The notes below the pieces were generated by a model. The model had not been told where the DNA came from. It saw only the letters and a list, made by a program, of their open reading frames with translations, and ran no database searches. The position numbers and the translations under genes are program-made. From an uncultured delta proteobacterium (GTDB taxonomy: Bacteria > Myxococcota_A > Polyangia > Haliangiales > Haliangiaceae): a DNA stretch of 64,000 nt. The stretch lies in NCBI GenBank assembly GCA_963848295.1, contig CAWKDB010000011.1, positions 224,001 through 288,000 on the forward strand, in the 5' to 3' direction. Of this stretch, positions 46,640 through 57,574 are shown piece by piece (positions within the stretch are counted from its first letter, which is position 1; every line of letters starts with the position of its first letter).

Positions 46640-47893
46640 ATGTTCGATCTCGACAACTGGCAAGAGATCGTCGCGGTGCTGCGCTCGAACAAGCTCCGCA
46701 CGTTCCTGACCGCGTTCGGCGTGTTCTGGGGGATCTTCATGCTGATGGCGATGCTCGGCTTTGGCTCCGCGATGCAGACCGGCACGAAGCATCAGATGAA
46801 GGGCATCGCGACGAACTTACTCTGGCTGTGGGGTCAGACCACCACGATGCCGTACGACGGTCTGCCGGTCGGCCGCGCGGTCCAGTTCAAGACCGACGAC
46901 ATCGAGCTGTTGCGCCACCTACCGGGCGTCGAGTTCGTCGCGCCGCGGCTGCAGCTCGGCGGATGGATGAACGACTTCAACGTCAGCTACGAGGGCAAGA
47001 CCGGCGGCTACAACGTGTTCGGCGACTATCCCGATCTCAAGCACATCATCGCGTTCGAGTATTCGGCCGGCCGGTTCCTCAACGACCGCGACATCACCGA
47101 CAACCGCAAGGTCGCGGTGATCGGCGAAGCGGTCGAGCAAGAGCTGTATCCGGAGGGCGCCGACCCGATCGGCACGTACATCAAGATCAGCGGCGTGTAC
47201 TTCGAGGTCGTCGGCATCACGCACACGTTGCGCCAGGGCCAGATGGGCGACCGCGACTCGCACTCGATCTTCGTGCCGTTCACGACGTTCCGCGACTCGT
47301 TCCACACCGGCGATCACGTCGGGTTCTTCGCGCTGACCGCGACGCCCGGCACCGACGGACCCGAGCTCGAGCGCCAGGTGCGCGATGCGATCTCGAAGCG
47401 GCACCGCGTCGATCCGGAGGATCACCTCGCGATCGGCTCGTTCAACATGTTCGTGATCTTCGCGAAGATCCAGACCGTGTTCTCGGTGTTGTTCTGGATG
47501 TCGTGGATCGTCGGTGGCGCGACGCTGCTCGCCGGCGCGGTCGGCGTGATGAACATCATGTTGATCACGGTCAAGGAGCGGACGAAGGAGTTCGGCGTTC
47601 GCAAGGCACTCGGCGCGACGCCGCGCTCGGTGATCTTGATGGTGCTGATGGAATCGGTCGTGCTGACGTCGATCGCCGGCTTGTGTGGCATCGCGTTTGG
47701 CACGCTGATCCTCACGCTCGCCGGTCACGCGTTCGAGCACGTCCCGAATTCGCCGTTCGGCGCCCCGCAGCTCGCGTTCTCGACCGTGATGTACGCGGTC
47801 GGCGTATTGATCGCATCCGGCGCGCTCGCCGGGATCCTTCCCGCGGCACATGCCGCATCTATCAAGCCGGTCGAGGCGCTGCGCGCTGAGTAG
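46640..47893 (+). CDS. ABC transporter permease (MacB/FtsX-like), second subunit
   Basis: NKLRTFLT, NIMLITVKERTKEFGVRKALGA, PVEALR. Confidence 0.9.
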   Translation: MFDLDNWQEIVAVLRSNKLRTFLTAFGVFWGIFMLMAMLGFGSAMQTGTKHQMKGIATNLLWLWGQTTTMPYDGLPVGRAVQFKTDDIELLRHLPGVEFVAPRLQLGGWMNDFNVSYEGKTGGYNVFGDYPDLKHIIAFEYSAGRFLNDRDITDNRKVAVIGEAVEQELYPEGADPIGTYIKISGVYFEVVGITHTLRQGQMGDRDSHSIFVPFTTFRDSFHTGDHVGFFALTATPGTDGPELERQVRDAISKRHRVDPEDHLAIGSFNMFVIFAKIQTVFSVLFWMSWIVGGATLLAGAVGVMNIMLITVKERTKEFGVRKALGATPRSVILMVLMESVVLTSIAGLCGIAFGTLILTLAGHAFEHVPNSPFGAPQLAFSTVMYAVGVLIASGALAGILPAAHAASIKPVEALRAE

Positions 47894-47902
47894 AGGGTGA
47901 CC

Positions 47903-49108
47903 ATGGAAATCGAGATACCGACCAACCTCAAGGGCAAAGCCAAATCGGTGGCTTGGTTCGTCGTGCTGCTCGTGTTCATCGCGGTGATCGCGCTCGCGTT
48001 CATCGTGCTGTACAAGCAGTCGCACGCGAAAGAGGTCGTGTGGCAGACCGAACAAGGCGAGGTCACGGACATCGTCAAGAAGACGGTCGCGACCGGATCG
48101 ATCGTGCCGCGCCAGTCGGTCGACGTGAAGCCGAAGGTCACCGGCGTGTTGTCCGAGCTCTACGTCGAGGCCGGCAAGGCGGTGAAGAAGGGCGACGCGC
48201 TCGGCAAGATCCAGATCATCCCCGACGCGCAGAACATGAACTCGGCGGAGTCGCAGGTGCGCAGCTCGCAGATCTCGCTCGACAACGCGAAGCGCGAGCT
48301 CGATCGCGAAGAAGGCCTGTTCAAGCAAGGCGTCGTGCCCGAAGCCGAGCTCTACAAGTATCGGACCGACTACGCGCTCGCGAAGCAACAGCTCGACCTC
48401 GCGAGCTCGAGCCTCCAGCTGGTGCGCGAAGGCGCGACGCGCGGCTCAGGCAAAGAGAACACGCTGATCGTGACCGCGACGGTCGACGGCACGGTGATCG
48501 ACGTGCCGGTCAAGGTCGGCTACTCGGTGATCCAGGCGAACAGCTTCAACCCGGGCACGACGGTCGCGACGATCGCGAACATGTCCGACATGATCTTCGA
48601 CGGCCATGTCGACGAAGGCGAGGTCGCGAAGATCAAGGAGGGGATGCCTCTGCGGATCAAGGTCGGCGCGATCGAGAAGGACACGTTCGACGGCAAGCTC
48701 GAGTACATCGCGCCCCAGGGCAAGGAGATCGACGGCGCGATCCAGTTCGAGATCAAGGCGGCGATGGCACAGAAGGACGGCTTCTACATCCGCGCCGGTT
48801 ACAGCGCGAACGCCGACATCGTGATCGACGAGCGGAAGCAAGTGTTCGCGATCCGCGAGGCGGTGGTCCAGTACGACCACGGCAAGCCCTACGTCGAAGT
48901 CGAGACCACACCGCAGACGTTCGTGCGGCGCGACGTCAAGCTCGGCCTCTCCGACGGTATCAAGGTCGAGGTCCTGTCGGGCGTCACGAAAGCGGACAAG
49001 CTCAAGATTCCTGACAACGCGGGCCCGGCGGGAGCCGCAGGCTCGGGATCCGGATCCGGCCGAGGCAGCGGCAACAGCATGGCGAGACCGGCTTCCCGTC
49101 CCAAGTGA
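47903..49108 (+). CDS. Efflux periplasmic adaptor (MacA/HlyD family)
   Basis: TM anchor, ATG.I.P...V.V.P..G, coiled hairpin, VKLGLSDG..VEVLSG. Confidence 0.9.
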   Translation: MEIEIPTNLKGKAKSVAWFVVLLVFIAVIALAFIVLYKQSHAKEVVWQTEQGEVTDIVKKTVATGSIVPRQSVDVKPKVTGVLSELYVEAGKAVKKGDALGKIQIIPDAQNMNSAESQVRSSQISLDNAKRELDREEGLFKQGVVPEAELYKYRTDYALAKQQLDLASSSLQLVREGATRGSGKENTLIVTATVDGTVIDVPVKVGYSVIQANSFNPGTTVATIANMSDMIFDGHVDEGEVAKIKEGMPLRIKVGAIEKDTFDGKLEYIAPQGKEIDGAIQFEIKAAMAQKDGFYIRAGYSANADIVIDERKQVFAIREAVVQYDHGKPYVEVETTPQTFVRRDVKLGLSDGIKVEVLSGVTKADKLKIPDNAGPAGAAGSGSGSGRGSGNSMARPASRPK

Positions 49109-49170
49109 CGCGACGGTGACGGCTCGCGCACGGCGAGATGCGCAACGTCGGGTGCAGGTGAGCTAGCCGG

Positions 49171-49228
49171 GATCGTGCGCGCGGACGTGCACGTGCACGT
49201 GCACGTGTCACCTTCACGTGCACGATTC
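49171..49228. repeat. CACGTG/GTGCAC-rich palindromic intergenic element (left of ppx)
   Basis: GATCGTG...(CACGTG)n...CACGATTC; same termini as the element at 50860-50918. Confidence 0.75.
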
Positions 49229-49253
49229 GATGCACGTGATAGCGTGAGCCTCG

Positions 49254-50852
<1,599 letters not shown>

Positions 50853-50859
50853 ACAGGGA

Positions 50860-50918
50860 GATCGTGTACGTGAACGTGCACGTGTCACGTGGCACGTGCA
50901 CGTACTCGTACACGATTC
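50860..50918. repeat. Near-perfect 56-bp CACGTG-rich palindrome (right of ppx)
   Basis: Arms 50861-50888 and 50889-50916 are reverse complements at 25/28 positions. Confidence 0.85.
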
Positions 50919-50943
50919 CTGATCAGTCGTGATATCGCAGGTC

Positions 50944-52644
50944 ATGCGCCGCATCCTTGCCGCTGTCGCCGCTACCGCCGCCGTCGCCGCCTGCGGCGGT
51001 CACGACATGACGCCGCCCCCGACCGGCCCGATCACCGCGGACGTGCTGCACTACGACTACACGTTCGACATCACGTCGCGCGCCGCGACCGCGTCGGTGA
51101 CCGCGACGGTGACCACGGCAGGCGATTGCTTCACCCTGCCGTTTCGCGCCGATGGGCTCGCGAACGCGATGTTCGATGCCGAGCCGGCGGTGTCGGCGAC
51201 GTCGGACGCGACGTCCGCGATGATCTGCGGCACCGGGGTCGCCGCGGGCGAGCAGCTCACGGTGTCCGCCGATACCACCGTCGCGCTCGCGACGCTCGAT
51301 GCGAGCCAGGTCGGCTATTCGGTCACGAACGATTCCGACGGCAACCCGTTCTACTACCTGGTCAGCTGGGTGGAGGGCTGCGATCAGTTCGGCCCGTGCG
51401 ACAACCGCGCGAACCAATTCGCGACCTACTCGTTCCACGTCACTCACCCGGCGGAGCTCACGGTGCGCTGCCCCGGCACGGTCACCGACGTCGATCCGAT
51501 GACGACCACCTGCGACTTCGAGTTCCCCGGCGGCCCGACCTACTCGACGTTCGGCATCGCCGCGTATCCCGCGTGGACGCAGACCTCGCTCGGCACGTGG
51601 TCGGACCTGAACGTCACGCTCTACGATCGCGCCGACACGAACATCGCGGCCGCGATCGATCCGGCGTACCACTCGGGGTTCGTCGCGTGGATGGAGTCGC
51701 AGTTCGGGCCATTCCCGTACGGCAGCGATCTGCGGATCCTGACCGCGCCGACGTACTGGAACGGGTTCGAGCACCCGACGAACATCGTGCTCGCCGACAC
51801 GCTCGCGAAGCAGAAGAACTCCGGCTACGCGAACAACACCGCGCACGTCATCGATCACGAGACCACGCACATGTGGGCCGGTAATCAGACGACGCTCGCC
51901 GACCCGTACGACTTCGCGTGGAAAGAAGCGATGGCGGAGTACCTGCCGTACGTCTGGGAGGACATGAACGACAGCGCGGTCGGCCGGATCACGGCCGGCG
52001 CGTGGAAGACGTTCGGCCGCACCGCGGAGTACCCGATCGTGCCTGACGACCATCCGACGCTGATCGCGTACTACGGCGACGTCTACGGCCCGGGGCCGAT
52101 GATCTTGTTCCGCCAACTCGAAGTGCTGTCGTCGCGCGCGCAGGTGATCGCCGCGATCCAGAGCGTGATCGGCAAGCCCGGAACGTTGTCGGTCGACGAC
52201 CTCGTCACCGCGCTGCAGACCCAGACCGGGCTCGACCTCACCGCGTATGCGGCCGCGTGGATCCACGGCACCGGCACGGTCCACTACCCGAGCTACACCC
52301 TGACGTACACCGCGGGTACCGGCGAGACGAGCACGCTGCAGCTCGCGCTCGACAACCCCGACACCGCCGGCGGCAAGCTGTGCAAGTTCCACGTCGAGCT
52401 CGACGGCGCCGATCCGACCACACAGAACGCGCTCGTCGAGGTCGACACGTTCCACAACGGCGCGAACCAGACGCTCACCGTTCCGACGCCAGCGTTTCCG
52501 GTCACCGCGATCATCCTGGACCCGCAGAACGAATGCTTGGTCTACGCGAGCGCGACGACGCCGCTCCCGCCGACGCCGCACGTGAATCCGTGGGTGTCTG
52601 TGGAACCGCCCGGCGATCCCGCGACGCACGAAGTACTTCGCTAA
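50944..52644 (+). CDS. M1-family aminopeptidase lipoprotein
   Basis: Lipobox VAAC; HETTH-x18-E zinc motif; GFEH in place of GxMEN; VY..G. Confidence 0.85.
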   Translation: MRRILAAVAATAAVAACGGHDMTPPPTGPITADVLHYDYTFDITSRAATASVTATVTTAGDCFTLPFRADGLANAMFDAEPAVSATSDATSAMICGTGVAAGEQLTVSADTTVALATLDASQVGYSVTNDSDGNPFYYLVSWVEGCDQFGPCDNRANQFATYSFHVTHPAELTVRCPGTVTDVDPMTTTCDFEFPGGPTYSTFGIAAYPAWTQTSLGTWSDLNVTLYDRADTNIAAAIDPAYHSGFVAWMESQFGPFPYGSDLRILTAPTYWNGFEHPTNIVLADTLAKQKNSGYANNTAHVIDHETTHMWAGNQTTLADPYDFAWKEAMAEYLPYVWEDMNDSAVGRITAGAWKTFGRTAEYPIVPDDHPTLIAYYGDVYGPGPMILFRQLEVLSSRAQVIAAIQSVIGKPGTLSVDDLVTALQTQTGLDLTAYAAAWIHGTGTVHYPSYTLTYTAGTGETSTLQLALDNPDTAGGKLCKFHVELDGADPTTQNALVEVDTFHNGANQTLTVPTPAFPVTAIILDPQNECLVYASATTPLPPTPHVNPWVSVEPPGDPATHEVLR

Positions 52645-52784
52645 CCGTATTTTTGATCGGCGCGCCGCGCCCGCGCCGTTGCGGTTTGCGGTATCGATCC
52701 AACCGCACTGCCATTCGGCAGCGCGGATGCCCGGGCGCAGTCCCGGCCATCCATACCGCTCCCTCAGCGAAAGTGATCGATCCC

Positions 52785-53672
52785 ATGCGCGCTCAATCAG
52801 GTCTTATTCTCGCGGCGGCGGTCTTGGTCTCGTGCGGACACGGCGTCCCCGGTGCTCCGACGCTGCCGAGCAAGCCCGCCGTCCCCGGTGGGATCCCCAG
52901 CACGTCGGGTGAAGTCGATCCGAACACGTGCGGCAACTACGCCGCGTCGGACGCCGGCGCGAAGTTCAAAGTGTTCCTGCAAGCGGTCAAGGATCTCGAC
53001 GCCGCGACCACAGACGCGGCCAAGGTGATCAAGAACAGCTGCGTGACGATGGGCAACGAGCTGTCGATGCCGGCCGATGACCTCGCGGGCGACGACACCG
53101 GCGCGATCTGCAACAAGGTGCTCGACACGTACAAGGCGAACCTCAAGGTCAGCATCAAGGCGAAGGCGAAGCTCAAGATCAGCTACACCCCCGCGAAGTG
53201 CACGGTCGACGCGTCGGCGTCGGCGAGCGCGTCGGCCGGTTGCTCGGGCTCGGCTTCGGCCGGCGCTGGTGGCGGGGGGGCGAACGGCGAGTGCGCCGCC
53301 GGCGCGGCGGTCAACGCGTCGCTCCACGCCGAGTGCACCCCGGCGTCGTTCTCGGTCGGCGTCGCTGCCAAGATGATCGTCGACAAGACGAAGTTCGAGG
53401 CGACGGTCAAGGCGATCGAGGACGGCCTGCCGAAGCTGCTCGACGTCGCGGCGCGGACCCAGGGCATCAAGGATGCGGCGGACGCGGTCGTTCAGGCCGG
53501 CAAGGACCTCGCGGCGATGGGTCCGAAGTTCGCGCAGTCGTTCCCGGACCAGGGGCTATGCATCGCGAGCCAGCTCGCCAACACCGTGAAGGCCTCGACC
53601 CGGATCCAAGCCAACGTCTCGGTTTCGGTGTCGGTTTCGGCCTCGGCGACGGCTACCGCCGGCGGTTCGTGA
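52785..53672 (+). CDS. Cys-rich lipoprotein with Ala/Ser/Val low-complexity strands
   Basis: Lipobox LVSC; C-terminus ANVSVSVSVSASATATAGGS. Confidence 0.75.
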   Translation: MRAQSGLILAAAVLVSCGHGVPGAPTLPSKPAVPGGIPSTSGEVDPNTCGNYAASDAGAKFKVFLQAVKDLDAATTDAAKVIKNSCVTMGNELSMPADDLAGDDTGAICNKVLDTYKANLKVSIKAKAKLKISYTPAKCTVDASASASASAGCSGSASAGAGGGGANGECAAGAAVNASLHAECTPASFSVGVAAKMIVDKTKFEATVKAIEDGLPKLLDVAARTQGIKDAADAVVQAGKDLAAMGPKFAQSFPDQGLCIASQLANTVKASTRIQANVSVSVSVSASATATAGGS

Positions 53673-53722
53673 CCCCTCGACGGGGGTGACAGCGCGGCGG
53701 AATTGATGGTAGCTAGCGTGCC

Positions 53723-54940
53723 ATGAAGACGCTCACCGAGTTCTCGACGCTAACGTTGCGCAAGGCCGCGGAGGCGCGCGCGAAGGTTCGGCGCAGCGCC
53801 CCGGCGCCCGCCGTCGACAACTCCGCGGCGCCGGTGCCGGCACAGGACGCGGTCACCGCTCCGGTCAACGCGGAAGAGCCGGCGCAGGTCGAGGCCGCTC
53901 CCGTCGAAACCGACTCGGCGACACCAGCTCCGAGCGAAGCCACCGAGTCGGCGGAAGCGAGCGCGACTCCGGCCGCGGCGCCGGACCCCGCGATCGACGC
54001 GGTCGCTGCCGAGCTCGGCGTGCAGCCGGATCGCGCCGCGCGGTTGCTCGAGGCGCTCGATATCATCGGCGACCGCATCGATCAGGTGCGGCTCGTTCGC
54101 GTGTTCCAGGGCGATACCAAGCCGACCGGCGCGGTGTCCCGCGGCGAGTTTCACTACGCCATCGATCGCGTCGCAGCGCCCTCGCGCGCCCGGCGCGACG
54201 ATCGCAAGCGCGACGATCGCGGCGGCCGCGGCGGCGGCGGCGGGGGCGGGGGTGGTGGACGCGGGGGCGGCATGGGCGGCCCGGGCGGCGGCCGTGACAA
54301 GCCACGCGGCCTCGGCAGCCTCAAGGCCGGCGCGAAAGAAGCGCCGAAAGATGACGACGAGCGCGGCCCGCGTGGCGAGATGCCGCGCGCCGGAATCGGC
54401 TGGCAGCTCACTGCTGCTCCGCGCGAGTTCCGCGGCGGTCCCCGCGAAGGTCGCGGCGGGCCACGTCGGGGTCCCGGTGGTCCCGGTGGCGACCGGCGCG
54501 ATCGCCGTGGCCCCGGCGGGGGTGGCCCCGGTGGTCCGCGGGGCGATGGTCCGCGCGGTCCCCGTAGCGACAGTCGCGGTCCTCGCGGTCCGCGGCCGGA
54601 GGGCGGCGGCTTCGCTGGCCCGCGCCAGGAGGGTGCTGGCTTTGGGGGCGCGCGGCGGGACGCCAACGGTGGCGGTGGCCATGATCCGCGCCCGCCGGCG
54701 ATGGGCCCCGACGGACAGCCGCTGCCGCCGCGCAGCAAGCGCCCGCGCAAGGAGTTCGGCCCCGACGCCAACGGGCTGGGACCCGACGGAAAGCCGTGGG
54801 ATCCCACGCGTCGCGAGAAGCGGATCGCCGAGCGCGAGGCACAACGGCCTGCGGTGAATGCGGCTGGGTCGGGGAGCGTCGAACCGACGCCCCCGAGCGC
54901 TGATGCCACACCACCCGATCACTCGAGCTCGAACACCTAG
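53723..54940 (+). CDS. Hypothetical protein with small folded core and long RGG/RGP-rich disordered tail
   Basis: MKTLTEF N-terminus, Ala/Pro/Glu linker, compact core, repeated RGG/RGP/GPGG. Confidence 0.7.
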   Translation: MKTLTEFSTLTLRKAAEARAKVRRSAPAPAVDNSAAPVPAQDAVTAPVNAEEPAQVEAAPVETDSATPAPSEATESAEASATPAAAPDPAIDAVAAELGVQPDRAARLLEALDIIGDRIDQVRLVRVFQGDTKPTGAVSRGEFHYAIDRVAAPSRARRDDRKRDDRGGRGGGGGGGGGGRGGGMGGPGGGRDKPRGLGSLKAGAKEAPKDDDERGPRGEMPRAGIGWQLTAAPREFRGGPREGRGGPRRGPGGPGGDRRDRRGPGGGGPGGPRGDGPRGPRSDSRGPRGPRPEGGGFAGPRQEGAGFGGARRDANGGGGHDPRPPAMGPDGQPLPPRSKRPRKEFGPDANGLGPDGKPWDPTRREKRIAEREAQRPAVNAAGSGSVEPTPPSADATPPDHSSSNT

Positions 54941-55065
54941 ACCGGGCCGTAACGCCGGTTACGCTCGATCAGCGCGGCGATCGGGCCAGCGAGCGAGTGA
55001 CCTCGGGCCGAAACTTTCGGGCCCACGCGGTGTCGACGTCATATGATCCCAGAGTGGAGGCCACC

Positions 55066-55554
55066 ATGTCTCGTCGCCTGATGTCCGCAGCGGTCCTCGC
55101 GCTGGCAATCGCGGCCCCGGCGCGTATCGCGCGCGCCGATATCACCTCGTCCAGCGTGATCTCGGCGTTCCATGGTCAGTTCGTCGTCAGCAAGGACGAG
55201 CTACCGGAGGGCAAGAACGATCGCGAGACGATCCAGAAGATCAGAGCGGTCCAGCTCAAAGAGCTCGTCGGCACCTCGTCCGGCGGCGGCAAAGACGATG
55301 TCACGAGCTGGCACTTCCACTACACGGCGTTTCTATCGCGCACCGGCGCGAAGACGCTCAAGCTCGACTTCTTCAACGGCAAGCAGTTGTCGGCTGATCA
55401 GCGGCTGTCCGATGTCGATCCCAAGAACACCGTGCTGTCCGGCGACATCTCGATCGACGAAGACCAAGGCCTCAACAAGGGCCGCACCTATACCGTCCAG
55501 CTCATCACCGACAACGACCAGGTCGTGTGCTCGACGCAGCTGACGATGAAGTAA
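55066..55554 (+). CDS. Secreted hypothetical protein
   Basis: GGAGG RBS; signal peptide ending ARA-D. Confidence 0.75.
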   Translation: MSRRLMSAAVLALAIAAPARIARADITSSSVISAFHGQFVVSKDELPEGKNDRETIQKIRAVQLKELVGTSSGGGKDDVTSWHFHYTAFLSRTGAKTLKLDFFNGKQLSADQRLSDVDPKNTVLSGDISIDEDQGLNKGRTYTVQLITDNDQVVCSTQLTMK

Positions 55555-55558
55555 CCCG

Positions 55559-57536
55559 TTACCCGAGCGTCTGGGCCGCCGCGACGATCGCAGCGGACGT
55601 GATGCCGAGCTTCTCGAGCACGATCTCGCCCGGAGCCGACGCGCCGTAGTGATCGATGCCGATCGCGATGCCGCGGTCGCCGATGTACTCGCGCCAGCCC
55701 ATCGTGACGCCGGCTTCGATCGAGATCCGTTGCCAGCGCGCGCGAGGCAAGACTTGCTCGCGATATGCGGCGTCCTGGGCGGCGAACAGCTCCCAACACG
55801 GCAGCGACACGACGCGCGCCGCGATCTTCAGCTTCGCGAGCTCGTCGCGCGCCGCGACCGCGACCGAGACCTCGGAGCCGGTCGCGATGATGATCGACGT
55901 CTCCGCCGTCGGCGAGCACGTAACCGCCGCGCTCGGCACCCGGTGCGCCGGGCTTCGTCACGATCGGCAGATCCTGGCGCGATAGCACGAGCGCGGTCGG
56001 CCCGTCGGTTCGGGACAGCGCGTACCGCCACGCCGCGGTCGTCTCGTTGCCGTCCGCCGGCCGGAACACCGCAGAGCTGCGGCATCGCGCGCAGCGCCAT
56101 CAGGTGCTCCACCGGCTGGTGCGTCGGGCCGTCTTCGCCGAGACCGACCGAGTCGTGCGTCCACACGTAGATCACCGGCTGCTTGTTGAGCGCCGCGATC
56201 CGCACCGGCGGGCGCATGTAGTCGGAGAACACGAAGAACGTCGAGACGTAGGGGCGAACGCCGCCGTGATAGTGCAGGCCGTTGCCGATCGCGCCCATCG
56301 CGTGCTCGCGAATGCCGAACCGCAAGTTGCGCCCGGCGCCCGGCTTCTCGTAGTCGCCGCCCTTCACGATCGTCTTGGTCGAGCCACCGAGGTCGGCGTC
56401 GCCACCGAGCAGCCACGGGACTGCGCTCGGCGAGCACGGCCATGATCTTGCCGCCGGCGCTGCGCGTCGCGATCGGCTTGTCGAACGCGCGGGAGGTCAT
56501 CGCCCCAGCCCGCCGGCAGCTTGCCCGCGATCGCGAGCTCGAGCTGTGCCGCCAGCTCGGGATGCGTCCTGCTTGTACGCCGCGAACCGCTTGCGTCCAG
56601 GCCGCGCGTGCGGTCTCGCCCTTGCCGACCGCCTCGCCCATGTGGGCCCGCACGTCGTCGGGGACGTAGAACGACTTTTTCGGATCCCAGCCGAGCGCGA
56701 CCTTCGTGGCGGCGACCTCGTCGACCCCGAGCGGCGAGCCGTGCGCCGCGCTCGTGCCGGCCTTTTTCGGCGAGCCGAAGCCGATCGTCGTGTGGATGAT
56801 GATCATCGACGGCCGCTTCGTCTCGGCATTCGCCGCGGTGATCGCGCGGTCGATCGCGTCGACATCGTGATCGCCGTCCTCGACGTGCTGGACGTGCCAG
56901 CCGTACCCGGCGTAGCGCGCCCCGACGTCCTCGTCCATCGAGATGATCGAGCGGCCCGTCGAGCGTGACGTTGTTCGCGTCGTACATGTAGCAAAGCTTG
57001 CCGAGGCCGAGGTGGCCCGCGATGCTCGCGGCTTCGTGCGAGATGCCTTCCATCATGTCGCCGTCGGACACCAGCGCGTAGGTGCGGTGATCGATGATCG
57101 TATGGCCGGGGCGATTGAAGTACGTCGCGAGGTAGCGCTCCGCGATCGCCATGCCGACCGCGTTCGCGGTGCCTTGACCGAGCGGACCGGTCGTCGCCTC
57201 GACGCCGGTCGTGTGATGCCACTCCGGGTGACCCGGCGTGCTGCGTGCCCCACTGCCGGAAGCTGCTTCGAGATCCGACATCGGGAAGTCGTAGCCGGTG
57301 AGATGCAACATCGCGTAGAGCAACGCGGAGCCGTGGCCGGCCGACAACACGAAGCGATCGCGATCGAACCAGGTCGGCGCGTGCGGGTCGTGCTTCAGGT
57401 GGCGCTGCCACAACGCGTACGCCATCGGTGCGCAGCCGAGCGGCAGTCCGGGATGTCCGGAGTTCGCTTTCTGGACGGCGTCGATCGCGAGGGTTCGGAT
57501 CGTGTTGATCGACAGCGTCGTAAGGTCGGTGCTCAT
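55559..57536 (-). CDS. tkt: Transketolase, broken by ~11 single-base insertions (probably sequencing error)
   Basis: [61 protein letters not shown], spread over several frames. Confidence 0.9.
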
Positions 57537-57574
57537 CGCGAGCCAAACCTAGCATGGTGATACGCTCGCCGTGG

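Noticed and set aside
49171..49240. CRISPR array or a (VH)n small ORF from the GTGCAC repeats
   Set aside because: Hexamer periodicity with no unique spacers and no cas genes; the ORF is a by-product of the repeat.
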